From the NCBI GenBank assembly GCA_025558095.1, contig JAIVFI010000001.1, positions 1,488,001 to 1,552,000 of the forward strand: a stretch of DNA of 64,000 nucleotides. Direction: 5' to 3'. The notes under the pieces were generated by a model. The model did no database searches and was not told the DNA's origin. It saw only the letters and a list, made by a program, of their open reading frames with translations. Position numbers and translations under genes: made by a program. Numbering within the stretch: the stretch's first letter is position 1; each line of letters begins with the position of its first letter. This stretch comes from Hyaloraphidium curvatum SAG 235-1 (taxonomy: Eukaryota > Fungi > Monoblepharomycota). Shown here piece by piece: positions 58,540 through 64,000 of this stretch.

Positions 58540-60147
58540 TCACCTGATCGGACAGAACGTCTCGACTGTCGCAAACACCCCCGCCGACCGCAATATGCTC
58601 CAGAGCCCCACTCCCAGCGTGAACAGGGTCGCCAGCAGCGTCCTCAGCACCGAATACCCGACCGCGAACCCCAAGAACCGCGCCTTGTACCTCCCGACCT
58701 CGGCCTGCACCGCCAGCACCTTCTCGTGGTACCCCAGGTCCTCTCGTATCCCGGGGGCCGCGCGCGGGGAGCGGGCGAGCAGCAGCCCGAGCTCGTCCCG
58801 CGCCTGGGCGTAGAGCAGCCCGACGGCGTCCACCTGCGCGTTGCTCACGGCGAAGCTGGCCAGCTCGAAGGCCTGGTACGCCAGGCTGATGCCCAGCGCG
58901 CCGAGGGTCCACATGGTGATGCAGGAGCCGGTCGAGGCGGTGATGACGGAGCACAGGACGACGTTGCCCAGGGTTGACCACACGAAGAAGGCGAGGACGC
59001 CCTTGCCGTCGTCAAGGCGGTTCTGCCAGACCCGCATCAGGATCTGGTGCAGCCCTACGTGCTGCTCGTCCGCGTCCGGGCGAAGGGGATGGCCGCTTTC
59101 CAGAGAGCGCCTGGCGGTCTCGAGAAAGGACGAGAGCGAGAGGGACACGGCCCTGTGGTGGCCCCGCAGGAGGAGCTCGAGCAGCCCGGGGTTCCAAAGC
59201 TGCAGCTGCATCATTGATCCAAAAAAGACGTAGAGCAGGCCGCAGACGATCACGACGCAGGCGGGCAGCGCTGTCCACCACGTGGTCCAGGTGCGGCCGG
59301 CGAACGTCACCATCGGCGTCCAGAGCGAACCCAAGATCGTGACCAGCTGGGGCAGCCCGACGACAACCGTTCGTAGCAGTGCGTGCCACGCGGAGCGCGT
59401 GACGAGGCCGCCGGCGCAGCGGGGAAGGGGGCAAGGGCAGAGTTCGGGGCGGGATGGGTCGTGGTCGAGGAGCCTGACCATCCCCTGGGGCGGTATGCAC
59501 CCGCTCTCGGCATTTTGCGAGAGCGTTTGGAGGTTTGCACACGAAAGCTGTGGCTCCCGAGCGGTATTGCTTGCTGGCTTTCCCCGCTCATCCGGGCATT
59601 CCTGCACGCCGCCTCCCAGGCGGCCGTTCCCCACCAGCTCGAGCCACCTGACAATGACGGCCCACGGCACACTGTTGAGCCCATCGTCCGGTCGCGCCCG
59701 GCCCATGGTGTACCAATACCTCGATATGGCCTTGGTGGCGACAAAGAAGAGCGCCGAGCATGTCCAGTTCCACAGAACGGCGGCGGTGCCCGCCACAAGC
59801 TGGCTGTGCCCAAACTGCCCGTCGTTGAACAGGAACACCGCGGTGCAGAGTGGAACCAGGGCGAGGACCGCGGCGGCGCTCAGGGCGTCGTTATGTACGG
59901 TGTGTGGTCCCAGCGAGAGGGACACCCGTGCTACCGTCCTCGTCGCGGGGAACGGTATGAGCGCGTCCAGCAGCCTCTTTGGCGTCACGGCATATGCTTT
60001 GCGAAAGTCTGCGGCCGTATCCGCGGGCCCCGGGGCGCCGGAGAGCGAGGGGGGGATGCGCGGCCAGGAGGGGAAGAGGAACGTTAATTCCTGCGGCGTG
60101 AAGCCGACGGGGCGCGGAGGCGCGTCTGGCACAGAGTCTGAGGCCAT
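58540..60147 (-). CDS. family A (subfamily 2) copy 5: intronless 7-TM GR-like/7TMIC candidate, 535 aa
   Basis: 7 hydrophobic segments, CPCPLPRCAGG loop; ends KARFLGFAVGYSVLRTLLATLFTLGVGLWSILRSAGVFATVETFCPIR. Confidence 0.75.
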   Translation of the reverse strand: MASDSVPDAPPRPVGFTPQELTFLFPSWPRIPPSLSGAPGPADTAADFRKAYAVTPKRLLDALIPFPATRTVARVSLSLGPHTVHNDALSAAAVLALVPLCTAVFLFNDGQFGHSQLVAGTAAVLWNWTCSALFFVATKAISRYWYTMGRARPDDGLNSVPWAVIVRWLELVGNGRLGGGVQECPDERGKPASNTAREPQLSCANLQTLSQNAESGCIPPQGMVRLLDHDPSRPELCPCPLPRCAGGLVTRSAWHALLRTVVVGLPQLVTILGSLWTPMVTFAGRTWTTWWTALPACVVIVCGLLYVFFGSMMQLQLWNPGLLELLLRGHHRAVSLSLSSFLETARRSLESGHPLRPDADEQHVGLHQILMRVWQNRLDDGKGVLAFFVWSTLGNVVLCSVITASTGSCITMWTLGALGISLAYQAFELASFAVSNAQVDAVGLLYAQARDELGLLLARSPRAAPGIREDLGYHEKVLAVQAEVGRYKARFLGFAVGYSVLRTLLATLFTLGVGLWSILRSAGVFATVETFCPIR

Positions 60148-60588
60148 GAGAGCGGTTCTCGAGGTCGGAATAAGGATGCAACGTCCGCGGTTGAGGTGGT
60201 GTTGACTAGAGGTGGCTCGTCAAACGTCCGCGTCCCCGGCTCCCAAGGCTTCGGATCGGGCCTGTCGATAACTTCGAGCATTGCTCTCGAGTGCTACGCC
60301 ATCAATTGCTACGATTCAGGTCGCGAGCAACCGACGAGCGGTGTTTTGTCCCTCCTGGCGCGCTTGACTGGTTCCTCTGCGTAGTATCTTTGTCCTTCCT
60401 TAGGTTAAACTTGCTTTCTCATACCTACTTTCGAATGACTGTGTACTGGAGGCTTGCGGCGTCTTTCCAGTTGATGGAGCGGGGCGTTCCGGTGCACAGT
60501 GCCGAAGCATGGAACATTCCGGGCGGGGAACAAATCCTCAACGACCTCATCTCTTCTCACCACCGTGCCGACCTCCGAAACCGTTTAC

Positions 60589-62191
60589 ATGGCGTCGGAA
60601 TCCTTATCGGACGCGCCTCCGTGCTCCGCGGGCTTCACTCTCCAGGAATGGGCCTTCCTCTTCCCATCCTGGCCCGTCATTCCCCCCTCCCTCTCCGGCG
60701 TCCCGGGGCCCTCGGATCCGGCGGCAGACTACCGGAAGTCGTACCCCGTGACACCACAGACGCTGCTGGACGCGCTGAAACCGTTCCCCGTGACGAGGGC
60801 GGTCGCTCGGCTCTCGCTCTCGCTGGGCCACCACGTTACAAAGAGCGACCTCGTGAACATCGCCCTGCTTCTCTCCATGGTGCCAATCTGCACCGCGGCG
60901 TTCCTTTTTGACGAAGGACAGTTCGGCCGCACCCAGCTTGTGGCGGGCACCGCTGCGCTGTTTTGGAACGCGAGCTTCGTTGTCCTCTTCCACGTCGCCG
61001 TAAAGGCCATCTCGCGGTACTTATTCACCATGGGGCGTGTGCAAACGGACGAGGCACTCAATGGGCTGCCTTGGGCCGTCGTGGTCAGGTGGCTCGAACT
61101 GGCCGGGAGCGCCCCGGAAAGTGCCCCGGATCGGTGCAGCGTGGAATCAACAGGGGCTGGCAGCACCGCCCGTGCGACGCACCAGTCATCCGCGTACCTC
61201 CGCACGCTCTCACATCGCGCTGAAGGCCGCGGCAAACCCCCCCGGCGGGCGGGACAGGCTCCTCGCGCACGATCCCGCCTGGCCCGACCTCTGCCCCTGC
61301 CCGCTCCCCCGCTGCGCCGGCGGCTTCGTCGCCGGCGCGTCGCGGCACGCGCTGCTCCGCATGATCGTCGTCGCGCTGGCGCACTTTGTCGTGTACCTCG
61401 GCTGGCTCTGGACGACAGCGGTCACGTTCGCGCCGCGGAGCTGGAGCACCTGGTGGACGGCGATAGCGGCCTGCGCCGCGATCGCGTGCAGCATCCTGTA
61501 CGTCCTCCTCGGATCGCTGTTCCAGGTGCAATTATGGAACCCTGGCCTGCTCGAGCTCCTGCTGCGGGGCCACCACCGGGCCGTCTCGTTGTCTCTCTCG
61601 TCCTTCCTGGAGGCCGCCCGGTATTCCCTCGAAACGGGGCGGTCGCTCCCGGACGACGCGGACGGGCTGCATGTCGCGCTGCACCAGATCCTGACGCAGG
61701 TGTGGCAGAAGCGCCTCGACGACGGCAAGGGCGTCCTGGCCCTCTTCGTATGGTCGACCCTCGGCAACGTCGTCGTCTGCTCCACTATTACCGCCTCGAC
61801 CGGCTCCTGCATCACCATGTGGACCCTCGGCGTGGTCGGGATCAGCCTGACCTACATCGCGTTCGAACTCTCGAACTTCGCGGTGAGCAACGCGCAGGTG
61901 GACGCCGTCGGGCTGCTGTACGCCCAGGCGCGGGACGAGCTCGGCCTGCTCCTCGCCCGCTCGCCCCGCACGGCTCCGGGGATCCGGGAGGACCTGGGGT
62001 ACCACGAGAAGGTGCTGGCTGCGCAGGCGGAAGTGGGGAGATACAAGGCACGGTTCTGCGGGTTCGCAGTGGGATACTCGGTGCTGAGGACGTTGCTGGC
62101 GACGCTGTTCACGCTGGCGGTGGGCCTGTGGAGCGTACTGCGGTCGGCGGGGGTGTTTGCAACCGTCGAGACGTTCTGTCCGATCAGGTGA
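60589..62191 (+). pseudogene. family A copy 6, +1 frameshift in a C7 run (61237-61243); pseudogene or sequencing error
   Basis: Codon alignment to copy 5 (ATA CCG CCC CAG GGG vs AAA CCC CCC C GGC GGG) needs one C removed; otherwise intact. Confidence 0.65.
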
Positions 62192-62337
62192 ATCATTGTC
62201 GCTCCAAGGTTGGAAATGAATGTCCGCTTGTTGTCTCTAGGGTGCCTGTTGCCGTTGCTGGACGAGACACATCGGCCAATTCCGCCGCCCTTTCGCCGCC
62301 CCGTACGAAACCTCCTCCTCCCGTCCGAGAGACCGCC

Positions 62338-62833
62338 ATGTCCGCCGTCCGCGCCTCGCCGTACCTCCTCTTCGCCGACGGCTGCGAGGCCGCACTCTCC
62401 TCCTACGCGGCGCACGGGCTCGGCCGCGTGACGTCGCTCGTCCGCCACGGCGAGGGCGGCCTGCCCCTGCCGAACCCCGCAATGCGCGGCAAGGTCGCGC
62501 ACGCGCTGTTCGAGGGCCCCGGAATCATGCTGTTTGCGTCGGACAACGACGACGCGGAGCCGATGCGCGGCCACGCGATGTTGCTGGAATTCGGGGACGC
62601 GGGGAGGGCGCGGGCGGTGTTCGACGGGCTGGCAGAGGGGGGGCGGGTGACGACGGCGTTTGAAAAGCAGCCGTGGGGGGATCTATACGGCAAGCTGGTG
62701 GACGCGTTCGGGGTGCAGTGGATGGTGAAGTGCGGTGCGCCCCCTGAGGTGCGTCCGGGAGGGCGTCGGAGGGCGAGCATTTCGCTGAAGAAGTTCGATC
62801 CCGCTGCAGGTGCAGCTGACCGGAGCGATCTGA
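62338..62833 (+). CDS. VOC/glyoxalase PhnB-like protein (bacterial type)
   Basis: SPYLLF..CEAAL..Y, KVAHA, LFASD, FDGLAEGGRV..FEKQPWGDLYGKLVDAFGVQWMV; probable 3' intron 62749-62809. Confidence 0.8.
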
Positions 62834-62946
62834 CAACCACGGAAAAGGTCGTCGCTGGTTCCAAAAGCTCGATTCGCCGAAGACAGCGGGCTTCCTGTAC
62901 GACCATTCCCGCCCACCCTTGTCGGTTCCGTCGCCGCCCGCCCCTG

Positions 62947-63633
62947 TCAGTCCAAATCGCCTCCAAACATGGCCGCCAGCACCGCGCCGTAGTCGGCAAA
63001 CCCGTTGGGGATAACGTACACGGGCAGCGGGGCCAGCTGCGCGTCCATCACATTGGCCGCGGCCCACCACACCTCCAGGTACCGCGTCACCCCGTCCAGC
63101 GTCGTCTCGGGCATGTCGTCCAGGAACCCCAGGATCGACACGGTGATGGGCTGCTCCTGGTTGGTGCCCTCGCCGTTTGTCACCTGCGCGACCGCGACGG
63201 CGCGCTGGGACGGCGCCCAGGCGGCGTAGTTGGCCGCGCCCGGGGTCTGGAACGAGAGCAGCCACGGCTCGAGGTCGGAGCACCACTTTGCGTCCACGCA
63301 GTCCCCGTCGAGGCAGCACCCCGCGCAGCTTTCGGGGGCGCACTGCGGGCACCCCTCGGCACTGCACTCGCCCATGGTCTCGCCAGGGGGGACTATGCAG
63401 CAGCCCGCCTTGCACAGCGGCAGCCCCGCTCCGCAAGGTTCGCCGTCGGGCGGCGGCGGCGGCGAGGGCGGCGCGCAGAAGAAGGGGTCGGCGCACACGC
63501 CCTCGGCGATGCAGCCCGTCGTGCAGGGTGCGCAGCTGCCGGTGGCGCAGACGGTGACGGTGCACTGCGCGTGCGCCGCGGGGAGCAGGCAAAACACGGA
63601 GAGCAGCGCGGCGAGGAGGGCAGCGGTCCGCAT
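62947..63633 (-). CDS. secreted cysteine-rich protein
   Basis: Signal peptide MRTAALLAALLSVFCLLPAAHA; about 20 Cys in the N-terminal half; Pro tract. Confidence 0.7.
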   Translation of the reverse strand: MRTAALLAALLSVFCLLPAAHAQCTVTVCATGSCAPCTTGCIAEGVCADPFFCAPPSPPPPPDGEPCGAGLPLCKAGCCIVPPGETMGECSAEGCPQCAPESCAGCCLDGDCVDAKWCSDLEPWLLSFQTPGAANYAAWAPSQRAVAVAQVTNGEGTNQEQPITVSILGFLDDMPETTLDGVTRYLEVWWAAANVMDAQLAPLPVYVIPNGFADYGAVLAAMFGGDLD

Positions 63634-63898
63634 CGCGTCGGAAGCAGGCGATGTAGGTAGTGGCCGCAGCACCCGCGATCGCTCCCCGTCCCCCTTTCCC
63701 CGGCATCGCAACAAGAGACGAGATCAAAATCACTTGATTGAATCTGATTCCCCCTTCGATCTTCCGAGTTGACTAGAGAGCTGCCTCCGGCGCGCAAGGA
63801 CCAGCGCCAAGCCCGCAGGAGAGCGAGATCATCAACAACCTCCTCAACAACCAACTTGCGGGCCCTCACACTTCGATTCCGCCTTTGAAACCGTTTCG

Positions 63899-64000
63899 AT
63901 GGCGTCAGAATCCTTATTGGACGCACCCCCGCGCGGCGCCGGCTTCACGCCGCAGGAATGGGCGCCGGCTTCACGCCGCAGGAATGGGCCTTCCTGTTCC
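63899..64000 (+). pseudogene. family A copy 7 (5' end only), disrupted by a 26-bp tandem duplication
   Basis: MASESLLDAPPRGAGFTPQEW matches copy 6; ggcgccggcttcacgccgcaggaatg at 63935-63960 and 63961-63986. Confidence 0.65.

Noticed and set aside
59485-59542. Possible in-frame intron in family A copy 5
   Set aside because: The segment aligns codon-by-codon with copy 6, so it is more likely a coding loop
60499-63660. 1053-aa ORF
   Set aside because: Chimeric read-through of the 5' half of family A copy 6, out-of-frame sequence, the PhnB gene and the antisense strand of the Cys-rich gene; stops are rare in high-GC DNA
1-64000. Prokaryotic origin of the contig; rRNA or tRNA genes
   Set aside because: Spliceosomal introns and CAND1 show the DNA is eukaryotic; no RNA-gene signatures were recognised by eye

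Overview
High-GC (roughly 65-70%), gene-dense eukaryotic DNA with many short (about 50-140 nt) spliceosomal introns. It is most consistent with an early-diverging fungus (chytrid/monoblepharid-like; this is an inference). About 35 genes or pseudogenes are present. Conserved genes include CAND1, an RRM protein, a WD40 protein, an SDR, a BVMO/FMO, a GT71 mannosyltransferase, a cytochrome b5-desaturase-like protein and a CitE-like lyase. They are interleaved with fast-evolving lineage-specific families. (A) Seven copies of a 7-TM membrane protein whose C-terminus looks like the gustatory-receptor/DUF3537 (7TM ion channel) superfamily; the copies show deletion, gene conversion and frameshifts. (B) Four intronless copies of an unknown protein carrying N-x-ALV-x2-GLR-x-AC and LGYP motifs. 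There are also three repeat-sensor/TKL kinases, one directly upstream of an MLKL-like four-helix-bundle + vWA gene; a stand-alone type I PKS ketosynthase; several F-box-like proteins; and bacterial-looking genes (NAD(P)H:quinone reductase, PhnB/VOC, and a LiaF-C-like pair forming a 2.8-kb inverted repeat). GTGGGT donor sites are unusually frequent. I saw no rRNA, tRNA, CRISPR array or transposase. Family assignments come from motif recognition by eye, not from database searches.
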